DNA from: Octopus vulgaris
Taxonomy: Eukaryota
Direction: 5' to 3'
Assembly: GCA_951406725.2 (NCBI GenBank)
Contig: OX597816.1
Location: 169,136,001-169,200,000, forward strand
Length of the DNA stretch: 64,000 bases
The notes beneath the pieces are model-generated. The model saw nothing but the letters and a program-made list of their open reading frames with translations. It did not search any database and had not been told where the DNA came from. Numbering within the stretch: position 1 is the stretch's first letter; the number at the start of each line of letters is the position of its first letter. A program made the position numbers and the translations under genes. This document shows, one piece after another, positions 38,626 through 54,018 of this stretch.

Positions 38626-39037
38626 AGGAGTGACTATGTGGTGAGTAGCTTGCTTACCAACCACATGGTTCCGGGTTCAGTCCCACTGCGTGGCACCTTG
38701 GGCAAAGTGTCTTCTACAGTAGCCTCAGGCCGACCAAAGTAGCCTTGTGAGTGGATTTGGTAGGCGGAAACTGAAAGAAGCCCGCCGTATATATGTATAT
38801 GTATAAATATATGTGTGTGTGTGTTTGTGTGTCTGTGTTTATCGCCCCCAACATCGCTTGACAACCGATGCTGGTGTGTTTACATCCCCATAACTTAGCG
38901 GTTCGGCAAAAGGGAACGATAGAATAAGTACTAGGCTTACAAAGAATAAGTCCTGGAGTCGATTTGCTCGACTAAAAGGCGCTGCCCCAGCATGGCCGCA
39001 GTCAAATGACTGAAACAAGTAAAAGAGTAAAAGAGTA
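38626..39037 (+). mobile_element. SINE B
   Basis: Family match. Confidence 0.92.
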
Positions 39038-39112
39038 ATATGATAACAGTACATATGATTTTTTGATGGTTCATATTACAATGTTTAAATACAAATTGTG
39101 AACACAGACCAC

Positions 39113-39182
<70 letters not shown>

Positions 39183-39217
39183 CACTGTGTGTGTGACTGT
39201 TTTTTATTTCACGCACG

Positions 39218-40010
<793 letters not shown>

Positions 40011-40789
40011 TTTCTATCTATCTAAATGTGTATGTGTATGTACACATACATATGAGACTGTCTTTCTATAACATGTACGCTAAGGCTAAATATACGACAA
40101 AGTTAATCCGGTTGTGAAGAAAACAATGGAAAGAAACAAAGAAAAATAGAAAAAAAAAAGAAACAAAAATGCAACAGCCATAGGAAAATGAAGTAATGTA
40201 AATTATCTTTTTAGTGTCTTATTTCTAATCGGATTTTACCTTGCTTAGCTCGGTTACAAGTATGCACAAGATTGGATCCTTCCCAGCTTTTGTTGATATA
40301 AGTATACGCAAGACTGGATTGTATGTACCCTGCTTTGTTTTATTTTTTAATACAAGTATGTACAAGACTGGACTGAATGATTGAGAAGGAAAGAAAATTG
40401 CAGATTTGCTACGAATAATTAATTCTGAAATTTCAAGATAGAGCATGTTTCAAATTGGTTTCGTATCTTCCAGTCAAACACTGTTGAAAGATCATTTTGA
40501 ACTGAGAAAAGAAGACAAACCCACCCCGAAAACAATAAAACAATAATAAAAGAAAAACCAACAAGAACAGAACAAAATAAAAGTAAATCAATTAACGACA
40601 AACGATAAAATGTAGTAAAAATACAGGATGAATAAATAAAGTTTAAAATTACGATTTTGGAGACGAGATGGCGTTTCAGGTAACAGAAACAACAAAATGG
40701 TGAATGAAAAGAAATTAAAAATAAGGATAAAAGTATTAACAGATAGAAAGATACGTCGACAAGGAAACAAAGATATACATACACACATG

Positions 40790-41135
<346 letters not shown>

Positions 41136-41702
41136 GAAAGAGAAAGGAGGTGAGAAAAGAAGAAATAGAAATCGACAGTGTGAAAAATTAAAAGAAAAAA
41201 AACATTATTTTCCCCTTAGTCCTCATTTTTCGTTTTTTCCTCCCCTTGTTTTTAATAACGCCACAGTGAAACTTGTTAATACATCCATTCTGAATCAGTT
41301 TTGCAATGAAGCGATATATGATATGAGTGGAGTATGTATCCGACCCTTCTTTTTTTCTACCTTCCAGCAATCAATATTTTCGATCTAGTTATGAACACGG
41401 AGCAGGGAACAATTTTTTTATATACTTTTTAACAAATAAATGGTTGGTGTATTGACAGAAAAAGTAGAGCGCCGATTAAATGCCTTGTAGTTCAAATTGT
41501 ATTGAGATTGAATTTGCTTTTCATTTCTAGTGACGGAGAGGGATTGTCAATAAAAGGGAATACCACCTGTTTTATAGGCTGTCTTATTTGACAAAATCTT
41601 TTTCTACAAAATGGCGTCCATGTGTGAATGTAAGCTAAGAAAAGTTTTTATACATGTAGCTGAAAAAATGACGATGAGAATATAATTCACGTAGACTATA
41701 TA

Positions 41703-42130
41703 TTTTACTTTTTATCTTTTACTTGTGTTAGTCATTTGAATGTGGCCACGCTGGGGCACGGCCTTGGTTTTCTTTTCTCGAACAAATCAACCCGAGGACT
41801 TATTATTTTTGTGTTAAGCTTAGCACTTATTCTATCGTTCTCTTTTACCAAACCACCAAGATACGGGGACACAAATACACCAATACCTGTTGTCAAGCGG
41901 TGGTGAGGGATAAACGCACACACACACACAGACACACACGTGCGCGCACACACACGCACACACTCATATATGTGTGTGTGATGGGCTTCTCTCAGTTTCC
42001 GTCTACCAAATACACTCACATGACTTAGGTCAGCCGGAGGCCACAGTAGAAGACATACTCTTCCAAGGTGTCATACAATCGGTCTGAATCCGGAAACACA
42101 TGGTTGAGAAACCAGCTGCTTACTACACAG
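41703..42130 (-). mobile_element. SINE B (degenerate)
   Basis: Family match. Confidence 0.8.
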
Positions 42131-42316
42131 CGAACTAGCACAGTTTTTCTCACTTCTAAGAACATATGTAAAAAAAGACTGGAAGAAATTAACAAACATT
42201 ATTACAACGCATGCTGTAAAAACGACTCCACTGAAATAGACGTAGGTAGGGCTATGTGCTGAAGTTCACCCCGCCACTACTTGGTTTGAGTTCAATCCGA
42301 CCTATGCAGCATCTTG

Positions 42317-42798
42317 AGGTTGCTAATAAAATTTCAGGATAATTTTTGATGTTTAACAACCAATATTCTTTTCTCTGTTGGATTCAAAGTTAATTTTTCC
42401 CATAATTTGTCTAATTAAAAAGAAATATCTGAAGTGGGGCAAAATGAGTAATAACTAATTTCAATCATTTTATTCTTTTTAACTACAAGATGCGTAAATA
42501 TATCAAGAATAGAGCCATCCCAGCAGATCGTGAAGAATCTATAAAGAATATTCTATGTTGAGGTTTTAGATTTAGTAGACCTTTGTTAATTTCATATCAT
42601 GTACCATTTTTTCATGATCTTTGAATTTGAATTAAATATTTAAAATTTTTGTTGCGCTGCTGATCTTTTTGATATCTAAGGGTAAATATTGATTTGTATA
42701 AGTCTTTTCTCATATGTAATTCTGGAGAATTGAAGAGGCAAGTTTACCTTATCTCGTCTTCTTAATTTTTCCCCACCTAAATTTGTCATTTGTATGCT
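42317..42798. repeat. ~480-bp segment duplicated at 45021-45970
   Basis: AGGTTGCTAATAAAAT...AAATTTGTCATTTGTATGCT in both; the second copy carries a SINE B. Confidence 0.9.
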
Positions 42799-43582
42799 AT
42801 AATCTCGATTAGAAATTTATGGTATGATATTTTAGTAGATGGAAATTATTGGCACCTCATTCAAGGAGCATTTCTATTAATGGGTGGTAGACTTAATCTG
42901 TCGCTCACCCAGTTTAAGATCATTTCCTTGTCATGAGTGCCTTAAGCCAGCAGTTTCCAAACGGTCAGATATTTGCTACATAATCCCACTAAATAATCAA
43001 TTATACGCATCCCACCAAAAACTGCGATTTTATATCACCAATATAAGAAATCATTATCAAACACATAACACAGATATAAGGTTTGCAGTATATAATTACT
43101 CCCCATTATAATCTTAGTTAATTTCCTACTAAAGCTGATCGTACATTTTATCTTGTCAGAGTTGTTAGAATAAATACCAGCTAAATTTTAAAAGTTGTAA
43201 ATGAAACCTGTTTCAAGCTCGCAGGCTCATTAAGCAGAACTTACCCTGGTTTCTGTTAAGCGACTGGCAGTATTAGACTATCCGTAGCACTGAATACCAA
43301 TCCATTGTAATGTTAACCTCCAGCTGTTAATGATACTCAGATTTAGATGAGTGGGCTCCTTTTAAGGAGACCAATCAGTTGCAAAATTCGAGACAAAATG
43401 GGAAGTTTATTAATGAAAAGACAAAATAATTTGCATCCATACAAATCATTCTTCAGCATGGTGTAGAAATTAAATAATATAATGCATGTTGCGCAGCACC
43501 CTACCGTTTCTACTAATCTCCTTTTCATAGTATTATTCATAGCGATTTCTTACATATGAGCACGACCAGCCATTTTGGGATA

Positions 43583-43994
43583 TACTCTTTTACTCTTTTA
43601 CTTGTTTCAGTCATTTGACTGCGGCCATGCTGGAGCACCGCCTTTAATCGAGCAACTCGACCCCGGGACTTATTCTTTTGTAAGCCCAGTACTTATTCTA
43701 TCGGTCTCTTTTGCCGAACCGCTAAGTAACGGGGACGTAAACACACCAGCATCGGTTGTCAAGCAATGCTAGGGGGACAAACACAGACACACAAACACAC
43801 ACGCACACACATATATATATATACATATATACGACGGGCTTCTTTCAGTTTCCGTCTACCAAATCCACACACAAGGCATTGGTCGGCCCGGGAATATAGC
43901 AGAAGACACTTGCCCAAGACGCCACGCAGTGGGACTGAACCCGGAAGCATGTGGTTGGTTAGCAAGCTACTTACCACACAGCCACTCCTGTGCC
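43583..43994 (-). mobile_element. Full-length SINE B
   Basis: Family match. Confidence 0.93.
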
Positions 43995-45375
43995 TATTTA
44001 TTTATCTGTTTGTATTATATCTGCAATAATAAGAATTTCGTGTGTTGCTGGTGTGATGCTGCAATTCTTGTGGGGAAAGAACTATAGTCGGTTATAGCTA
44101 TCACTAACAATTGACTGTTACTTATTTTATCGACCCCTGAAACGAACAAAATAAAGCCGAGGTCGATTTAAATTGAAAGTGTAACAGGTTATACTGATTC
44201 TCTAAACCTAAAACCCTTTAAAAAGAGCGATGGGGATTAAATGCTTTTAGAAAGGAAATAACTTATTCATGAGAAATAGTTTCCTTTTGTGATAATAATG
44301 GTAATAATTACAAACACGGGCAATATATCTATAAAATCATCAATTTAGTTGAAATTTCTGGAAGATATTGTTGTCATGGTATAATATAAACATCTTAGTT
44401 CACGATAGATGAATGCTTTATCGGGCGGAAGAATTTATAAGCCCGGAGGCTACATTGTCGTATTAAACATTTGTAATTTTAATTCTCGTTTTAAATCTGT
44501 CAATGTGTACATATAAGTGTACATATAAGACGTGTCTATGTTACGTATGTATGCGTGCCTGCTTGTCTAATTGTCTTACATGCTGACACGACTAACGCAG
44601 AAAACTTAACACTGTAGTTGAATGATTTATACTGTCACGAACTAGGTTTACATATTCATTTGTTTATGAAATTTACTGAGTCACAACTGATCAGACGGAT
44701 CGACGGCTCGTATCATGTCACCAGCCTGTGTTATAGCTGAGACCAAGCTTCTTAACAATGGCAAACACAGTCTTTCTACTCGTAAACAGTTATCATGTGA
44801 AGGTATATGGGGCAAAATGAGTAATTTCTGATTCCTATTTTCCCGCTGTCTCTTTGAAACCATTACATTGAAAATATTGTACCATCATTTTATCATCTCT
44901 AACAGTAAAATTTAGTTAGCATAATTGTTGTTGTTGAAGTTGAGAAAGTCCGACACATTGTCAGGTGACAGGTACTGTTTTTCAACAAATGTTTCTTCAG
45001 CTTTGATTCGATTGCAATTAAGGTTGCTAATAAAATATCTGGATAAATTTTGATGTTTAACAACCAATATTCTTTTCTCTGTTGGATTCAAAGTTAATTT
45101 TTCCCATACTGTCTAATTTGATAATTTTCAATTTTCAAAAAAAAAAAAAAAAAAAAAGAAATCTGAAGTGGGGCAAAATGAGTAATAATTCATTTCAATC
45201 ATTTTATTCGTTTTATCTTGCAAGATGCGTAAATATATCAAGAATAGAGCCATCCCAGCAGATCGTGAAGAATCTATAAAGAATATTCTATGTTGAGGTT
45301 TTAGATTTAGTAGACCTTTGTTAATTTCAAATCATGTACCATTCTTTCATGATCTTTGAATTTGAATTAAATATT

Positions 45376-45808
45376 ACTCTCTCTCTTTTACTCTTTTACT
45401 TGTTTCAGTCATTTTGACTGCGGCCATGCTGGAGCACCGCCTTTTTAGTCGGGCAAATCGACCCCGGGACTTATTCTTTGGAAGCCCAGTACTTATTCTA
45501 TCAGTCTCTTTTGCCGAACCGCTAAGTAACGGGGACGTAAACACACCAGCATCGGTTGTCAAGCAATGCTAGGGGGACAAACACAGACATACAAACACAC
45601 ACACAGACACACAAACACACACACATACATACATATATATATATACGACAGGCTTCTTTCAGTTTCCGTCTACCAAATCCACTCACAAGGCATTGGTCGG
45701 CCCGGGGCTATATCAGAAGACACTTGCCCAAGATGCCACGCAGTGGGACTGAACCCGGAACCATGTGGTTGGTTAGCAATCTACTTACCACACAGCCACT
45801 CCTGCGCC
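45376..45808 (-). mobile_element. Full-length SINE B inserted in the duplicated segment
   Basis: Absent from the paralogous site near 42640. Confidence 0.93.
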
Positions 45809-46237
45809 TATTTAAAATTTTTGTTGTACTTCTGATCTTTTTGATGTCTAAGGGTAGATATTGATTTGTATAAGTCTTTTCTCAAATATAATTCTGGAGA
45901 ACTGAAGAGGCAGATTTACCTTATCTCGTCTTATTAATTTATCCCCACCTAAATTTGTCATTTGTATGCTCAAAATAACTAGAAATTACAGGCACTGCAT
46001 AAATACAAAATATAGTCAAGAGAATAAAACAACGTAGAAATAATTTCAAAATATCACAAGTATCACATTTGGACAATAAGAAGTAACAACAGCTGTAGTC
46101 TATAAACTATATATTTGATCGAAAATGGATTATCCTACCCCTTCCTGCCCCTCCATCTCTTTTCACTATAAAGAATACGAAACAGCACTCATTATCACAG
46201 GTTGCACAGAGTTCAATTACAAAAGAAAACAAAAATG

Positions 46238-47235
46238 GGATCTATTCGGTTTGAACGGCAGTTTTTAACATAATTTCTAGGTAACTAAAAAATTTAAAAC
46301 TTCGTATACTGGTAGAATGTGTTTATAAAACATCTTTTTCTCTTGGCTTTATTGAAAAAATTCTATAGTTTGTAAGATATTTGTTGTTTTTTTCTTCAAT
46401 TTCTGCAATTTCAACCAATCAGTGACGTCCATAGTGGTAAAAAAACATTCTGTGCCGTATGAATATGTCTCTCGTTTAAGAAACAGATTGGGTTTATTTA
46501 CATTTGTGAAGAAAAAAAGATACCCTTGCCCAACCCGTAACCCTAACCCTAACCCGCTCACAGCAGCCATATTCCCACCGCTCTATGTCATACTGGTGAG
46601 ACCCATATTGGAGTACGGGATTCAACCCTCTTCTCCTTATCTCCTCAAAGACATACATCATCTCGAAAGAGTCCAGAAGCTGGCTACCCGCATGGTTCTT
46701 GGTCTCAAGCATTTGTCTTATGAAGAAAGGCTGAAGACGCTCGACCTTTATTCTCTAGAAAAACGACGACGCCGTGGTGATCTCATTCTTGCTCACAACA
46801 TCATAAGCGGAAAGTGTAACCTCTCGAAAGAGCTGTTCTTCACTCCTGCTCCAGAGCGTCGGCTGCGGGGTCACTCCGAAAAGCTCTATCTGCGACGATT
46901 TCATCTCAATCGAAGGAGAAGGGCTTTCTCCGTCCGGGTTGCGGATCCGTGGAATAAGCTGCCGGACGAGATAGTGAAGATCCCGACGACCGCTCAGTTC
47001 AAAGTCTCTCCTGACCAGAAATGGCCTGAACTCTTTGCATGAACACCACCCTGTACATAACTCCATGTCCCCCTACATGACCTTGCTTTTTGCTTTTTGA
47101 GCCAAAAAATTAACTTAACTTAACTTAACTTAAAACAGATTGAAATACAATAGATCGATACTAGGGTCATAATTATGGGGTGACAATTTCATATGACACC
47201 GCTAGAAAAAACTGCCGTTCAAACCGAAAAGATCC
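46238..47235 (-). mobile_element. MITE copy (reverse) interrupted by a LINE
   Basis: Both TIRs; TSD CAAAAATG / GAAAAATG. Confidence 0.93.
46556..47130 (+). mobile_element. 5'-truncated CR1-group LINE (C-terminus of ORF2, 3' UTR, (TAACT)4 tail)
   Basis: LYVILVRPILEYG..SPYLLKDIHHLERVQKLATRMV.GLKHLSYEERL..LYSLEKRRRRGDLI..RGH..FSVRVADPWNKLP; no stop codon until 47042. Confidence 0.93.
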
Positions 47236-47446
47236 GAAAAATGCTTTAAATGAAAAACTATATGACATAGAAGAGGTGCAGTTTGTTAAAGTAGTGAGTT
47301 TCAACTCTAATAGTCTCCACAATTATACGTATAATCACAGCAAAAGACAAAAAAACGGCAACATTACAAATATAAAATACTTCCACACAAATCTGATAAA
47401 CACACGCAGATATAACATTGTCACTTATCTTTGCATACATTTCACA

Positions 47447-47815
47447 GTGGAGGCGCAATGGCCCAGTGGTTAGGGCAGCGGACTCACGGTCATAGGATCG
47501 TGGTTTCGATTCCCAGACCGGGCGTTGTGAGTGTTTATTGAGCGAAAACACCTAAAAGCTCCACGAGGTTCCGGCAGGGGATGGTGGTGATCCCTGCTGT
47601 ACTCTTTCACCACAACTTTCTCTCACTCTTACTTCCTGTTTCTGTTGTACCTGTATTCCAAAGGGCCGGCCTTGTCACTCTCTGTGTCACTCTGAATATC
47701 CCCGAGAACTACGTTAAGGGTGCACGTGTCTGTGGAGTGCTCAGCCACTTACACGTTAATTTCACGAGCAGGCTGTTCCGTTGATTGGATCAACCGGAAC
47801 CCTCATCGTCGTAAC
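47447..47815 (+). mobile_element. SINE C
   Basis: Family match. Confidence 0.92.
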
Positions 47816-47920
47816 AAAAGAGTAAAGTGAGTGCAATGTATTATGTTCCAGCCCATGTAATTCACACTGTTTACCGAAGAGTGCATTATGATTCTCAGTT
47901 AGGTGGAAGCGTGCCGTAAC

Positions 47921-48313
47921 TTATTTCTTTATTGCCCACAAGGGGCTAAACATAGAGGAGACAAACAAGGACAGACAAAGAGATTAAGCCGATTACATCG
48001 ACCCAGTGCGTTACTGGTACTTAATTTATCGATCCCGAAAGGATGAAAGACAAAGTCGACCTCGGCGGAATTTGAACTCAGAACGTAACGGCAGACGAAA
48101 TATCTATTTCTTTACTACACACAAGGGGCTAAACATAGAGGAGACAAACAAGGACAGACAAAGGGATTAAGCCGATAACATCGACCCCAGTGCGTTACTG
48201 GTACTAATTTATCGATCCCAGAAGGATGAAAGGCAAAGTCGACCTCGGTGGAATTTGAACTCAGAACGTAACGGCAGACGAAATACCGTGCTAACGTTTC
48301 AGCCAGCTCGCCG
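47921..48313 (-). mobile_element. SINE A dimer
   Basis: Two bodies, one head; junction GAAATATC|TATTTC. Confidence 0.9.
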
Positions 48314-48504
48314 TAACTGATAAGCTGGATGAGTGGCTCGAACCTGCTCAAATGATGCTGTGCCTACTTATCATAACTCAGTTAAATTAGGGTTGATTAG
48401 GAGTTATACAACAACACACATACACATATACGCCTGTGCACACGTACACACACGAACACATATAGTACCTGCTATAATGATATTATTTTCTCTTAGACAC
48501 ACAC

Positions 48505-48535
48505 ATATCTATATCTATATCTATCTATCCATCTG

Positions 48536-48605
<70 letters not shown>

Positions 48606-48812
48606 AATCTATCTATCTATCTATTCATCCATCCATACGCCACCTTTTTTTTCTTTGTTTCTTTTGTATTTTGTTTTTTTTCATCCCCCAAAAGAAAAGC
48701 TCTACCTTGTAACTTGTCCCATCTGTGTGCAGCCCTGTGTGGCCAATAAAGAAACTTATCTATCCATCCATCCATCCATCCATCCATCCATCCATCCATC
48801 CAACCATCCATC

Positions 48813-48896
<84 letters not shown>

Positions 48897-48965
48897 GTCT
48901 GTGTATTTATCTATCTGTCTGTCGGTGTATCTATCTATCTGTCTGTGTATCTATCTATCTGTCTG

Positions 48966-49051
<86 letters not shown>

Positions 49052-49103
49052 CATCCATCCCTCCATCCATCCATCCCTCCATCCATCCATCCATCCATCC
49101 ATC

Positions 49104-49178
<75 letters not shown>

Positions 49179-49180
49179 GA
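48505..49180. repeat. (TCTA)n and (TCCA)n compound microsatellite
   Basis: Directly visible. Confidence 0.95.
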
Positions 49181-49627
49181 TATGTATGTATTAACTGTCT
49201 TTATATAAGTCTATACGCAGTTGTACTTTGTCAAACAAAGGCATAAAAGCACTCAAGCGCATTTAGTTTAGAGGAGTGCAGTACCCTCTGTATGTGAGTC
49301 TAACACATAAAAAACACATACACACATACAGAAACACTCATACATACACACTCATGCGCGCACGCGTATTTAACAAGGCTGTGTCCTGATTCTTGATGAG
49401 TGTCAGGTCCAAGTAAAAATCGATAGCTGTCATAAAAAGAACAGCGAAATGTCAAACTTCACTTAGCAAGTTAAAATGCTGAAAAATAACGGATCAGCTG
49501 AGTGTTTGGCTTTGATTCTGCATAAAGAAATGTTCGATCTATGACACTTGTCAAATGGGATGTTTAAAAGGTGTGCGTGGTTGATGAGACACAGGAAGCG
49601 AAATGAGTCGATGCCTTCGATACTTGC

Positions 49628-50019
49628 ATACATACATACATACATACATACATACACACGTACATACATATGTACATACATACATACATGCATATATATA
49701 TATATACAGATTTACATATATGTATGCATACATATATACATACATAAATCCATCCATCCATCCATCCATCCATCAATATATATACATACATATAAACTGT
49801 CAAGAGTAGATATTATACTTTGCTCTTAGCCATATATAGATATACATACATACATGTATACATACATGCATACATACATACATACATACATACATGTATA
49901 CATACATACATACATGTATACATACATACATACATGCATATATACATATATACAGATTTACATATATGTATGCATACATATATACATACATAAATCCATC
50001 CATCCATCCATCCGTCCAT

Positions 50020-50061
<42 letters not shown>

Positions 50062-50196
50062 TAAACTGTTAAGAGTAGATATTATACTTTGCTCTTAGCC
50101 ATATATAGATATACATACATGTATACATACATGTATACATAGATATACATACATACATACATACATACATACATACATACATACATACATACATAC
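49628..50196. repeat. Compound (TACA)n block with ~270-bp higher-order duplication
   Basis: AAGAGTAGATATTATACTTTGCTCTTAGCCATATATAGAT occurs twice (~49802, ~50071). Confidence 0.9.
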
Positions 50197-51659
50197 AAGA
50201 GTATATACACTTGTTCATGTTTGTAGATGTTTATGTGACAATCATAAAATGCTAGAGTTTTCAGGCAAACAAAATTGGCAGCCAAAAACGAAATTTACTC
50301 AGAGAATAAAATAAGGATACACAAAATTTTTTTCTAAAAGTACCACTGATCGGTGTTTGTGACCTAAATTTCAGCGATGGAGTTTTGTTTCTTTATTAAA
50401 AATCAGTTCCCTCTTTGTGGAGCTGGAACTGAAATATACATAAAGGAAAGAAACATACATACAGAAAGAGTGAGCCTTAAGAATAACTTGTACAACAGAT
50501 CTAACAATACCAGCAATAAATTTCCCTTCTGACCTTCCTTTATTTGTAGGCTTTGTCATGTTCAGAAAGCAAATATCAACAGGGCAGAGACATATAAATT
50601 CAATCACACGAACACTTCTGTGAGGAGATTTTTATACGACTTTTAAGAGTGCTGATGGTAGAATGTTTAAGCTAAAGCTCTCTCTCGTCTCAGCAACTTA
50701 ATGTCTTATTGTTCAGATGTCAATTCCCGTCCGGCCTAAGCTTGTCTTTCTCTCTCCAGTAACCTAACGAGGCTTTACCAAACTTTCTAGGGAACCAAGA
50801 AGAAAATGTTTTCTAAACTCTGAGAGACTCATTAGAACCAGTGACTGATCACAGTTCCAAGGTACTGAATGGGTTAGTTGTTTGTTCATGGACAGAGAGG
50901 TCAAATTATTTCATGAGAAATTTCCAACTTTTCTGGAAATGTCTCATGAGACAGATAAATATTACGAGACTCGTAGATAAGATCTGGCCAGAAACCGAAA
51001 GAAACGTATGTAGCGTGTTTAATCTTATGATCTACGAGATAGTTTTCCAATAACTAATCTACTCGCTCCTTCAACACTATAACTTAAAAAGAAAAATGTT
51101 CATTAGAGTAGTTGTTTGTTTTTCATTCTTTCGGGGTTCAATAAAATAAAAGCGATATAATCAGCTATAGCCCCTACGACTCTATACCTATGTTCGTAAT
51201 AATTATTATTGATCCCTAACATTGACACAAGGTCGTAAGTTTCCGAAGAAAGGCAAAGTTGATTAAATCGATCGACCCAGTAACTTCATTAGGTCTCATT
51301 TCCTTTCCCTCTGCAACATTTGAACTCAGAATTTAAAGGAACTCAACTGAGTACAGCCAAGTAATTATTGCAGTACTTTAACCTTATTAATTTTCTTGAT
51401 AGTATTGCAAAATTTTAAGAATTAGAAACGACAAAATTTTAAGAATTAGTAACGACAAGCTAGTCTCATTCAATAGCTGAACGATACAATCAGGCCATAT
51501 AGTAATGAAATAGAGTTCTACTTCATCCACTCTAGTTATGAATAAGAAATAACTAAAATTTTCAAAGACTCTACAAATCTTTAGAAACATCATATAGCGG
51601 CCTGGTGTACAGGTATCCTAAATCTTTAGGCGTAAGCGTTTCAATAGACAGGTAACCTG

Positions 51660-51920
51660 GTGGTGTCTATTTCCTCTCCACGTATGGTTAGCCTTTGGAG
51701 TTCTTGTGAAAAGCTTTTCCTCACTTTTACAGGTTATATTTTTAATTCTGCTGAGTTATATTTTTAATCCCTCTTCATCCAGAAACTTGCGAGGAGAAGA
51801 TTCGATTGTCGGCAAAATGACCACGAAACGGATTGGGTTACTTGATCCCAGAAGTAAATATGTAAATGTGACTTTGTTAAAACCACTCCTCGATGATTTA
51901 GATTCTTTTTTAGAGCTAGG
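51660..51920 (-). mobile_element. Possible highly degraded non-LTR RT relic
   Basis: Ordered but frameshifted motifs RGV, FADN, FLDEEGLKI, LTIRGEEI; weak. Confidence 0.35.
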
Positions 51921-52824
51921 AATTACTTCAGTCATGATCAATTGCTGAGGAGTGTTGCTCACGATAGGACTGGTACCCTATTATCAACAACACTGGGACT
52001 ACGCTTACAAGCATGGACATTAATAGTACTGGTTATAATGCCGTTGCTACTAGCAGAGTAATCAGCAACACTAAGATGGTGCCGTTGCTACAAATTCAGA
52101 CAGCGCTACTAGGACAATGGTACAAGTATATTACATCAAAGGACAACCATCCAACTGATCTCAATGATTCAATTATCACGTTCCAGCTAATATCTCAGAG
52201 ACACACAGCTTCCCCTCTTTGCTTCTTTCATCGCTAGTATAGCATTTTGCTCCCATGAACTTACTAACAGAACATTTTCCCCGTTTACTCATCCCTACTG
52301 CTTCCGTCACGTTCTCTCCCATTCTGGAATTATCTTCTTTGTCCATATTTCCTCTTACAGGTTTATTCAAGCTGAATATTAATCACATCAACGTGACAAG
52401 ACGAGAAAAGTATTGAAATGTCGGGCTCAGTCCTCCTTTTCCTGTGAATAGCTTAAGAAAAGCATATTATTCTCTCTTTGACTGGGTATAGAACTCCCGA
52501 CCCCTTTTCCTTTAGGAACGAATCAACTGGAATAATATAATATCTAAGCCTCCTTTTCCAAATGCTTTAACGACGCAACCGATACTGAATGACTTCAACC
52601 TGGAAGTAAAACCCCGACGTAGCGTCAGCTTGCTGAAGATTTATTTCTTGCAACATTCAATGTCCTGATGTTCTACTGTAATTGGTTTCTCTTTTATTAG
52701 GTCTACTCGAGGGCTTTCTTTTTCATTAGTGTCTTTTTCATTAGGAAAGATGCCTTGATGTTTTTAAGGGAAAATATCAAACCACTGTTACCTTTCAATG
52801 CCTAAGATACATAGTCCAGATCTG

Positions 52825-53245
52825 GGATCTTTTCGGTTTGAACGGCAGTTTTTCTAGCGGTGTCATATGAAATTGTCACCCATAATTATGACCCCTAGTA
52901 TCGATCTATTGCATTTCAATCTGTTTTAGGGTTAGGGTTAGGGGTGGGGGGAAGGGTATCTTTTTTTTTTCTTCACAAATGTAAATAAACCCAATCTGTT
53001 TCTTAAATGAGGAACATATTCATACGGCACAGAATGTTTTTTTACCTCAATAGACGTATTTGATTGGTTGAAATTGCAGAAATTGAAGAAAAAAACAACA
53101 AATATCTTACAAACTATAGAATTTTCTTATTAAAGCCAAGAGAAAAAGATGTTTTATAAACACATTCTACCAGTATACGAAGTTTAAAATTTTTTAGTTA
53201 CCTAGAAATTATGTTAAAAACTGCCGTTCAAACCGAAAAAAATCC
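52825..53245 (+). mobile_element. MITE copy
   Basis: TIRs; perfect palindromic 8-bp TSD CAGATCTG at 52817-52824 and 53246-53253. Confidence 0.96.
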
Positions 53246-53739
53246 CAGATCTGTTCACCAAAATATAATCAGGCTACCAACAAGACCAACTCGTAAAAAC
53301 TCTAATATTGATCAGTACTTCATTTGTATTTTTTTTTTTTTGTGATGAGTTAAAATATAGCAGCTTCTAAAAAGATAGTTTCCAACCAATTTAGCTGATT
53401 TAACCTGAATACTGCACTGAAAACTATGTTTACGACAGACAATGCTGAAGTCACTACGTGTCCGCTCGACCAATCGTCAACAACGGCGAAATCTTCCTTT
53501 CAAATCGTATCCTACTGATTAAGGTAAACGTAAAAGAAAAACAGTATCGTTACGGCTGAAATGCTTTTGATCATAAATCTTTTTGATCTCAGTTGATCGA
53601 TAGTCTTAACAAAAACAAGAACAGAGCAAGAAGAAGAAGAAGAAGAACAACAACAACAACAACAAAAACAGAAGGGATCCAATAATGCAATCTTGTTTCA
53701 AATGAATGATCATTTAGGTTCCAAGTCGTTGGATTCGTT

Positions 53740-53968
53740 ACTCTTTTCTTTTTTACTTGTTTCAGTCATTTGACTGCGGCCATGCTGGAGCACCGTCTTT
53801 AGTCGATCAAATCGACCCCAGGACTTATTCTTTGGAAGCCTAGTGCTTATTATATCGGTCTCTTTTTGCCGAACCGCTAAGTTACGGGGACGTAAACACA
53901 CCAGCATCGGTTGTCAAGCGATGTTGGGGGGACAAACACAGACAGAGACACAGACACACACACACACT

Positions 53969-54018
<50 letters not shown>

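Noticed and set aside
40255-40372. Three 22-bp repeats (TACAAGTATGYACAAGAYTGGA-like) with spacers, superficially CRISPR-like
   Set aside because: Repeats are degenerate, the spacers resemble each other (CCC.GCTTT..GTT), there are no cas genes and the context is eukaryotic; a decayed minisatellite
46422-47042. 206-aa ORF as a host gene
   Set aside because: Fusion of MITE sequence and a truncated LINE ORF2, starting at a non-ATG codon
50386-50455. Hairpin TCAGTTCC/GGAACTGA as a pre-miRNA
   Set aside because: Only short stems separated by a large internal loop; no known miRNA recognised
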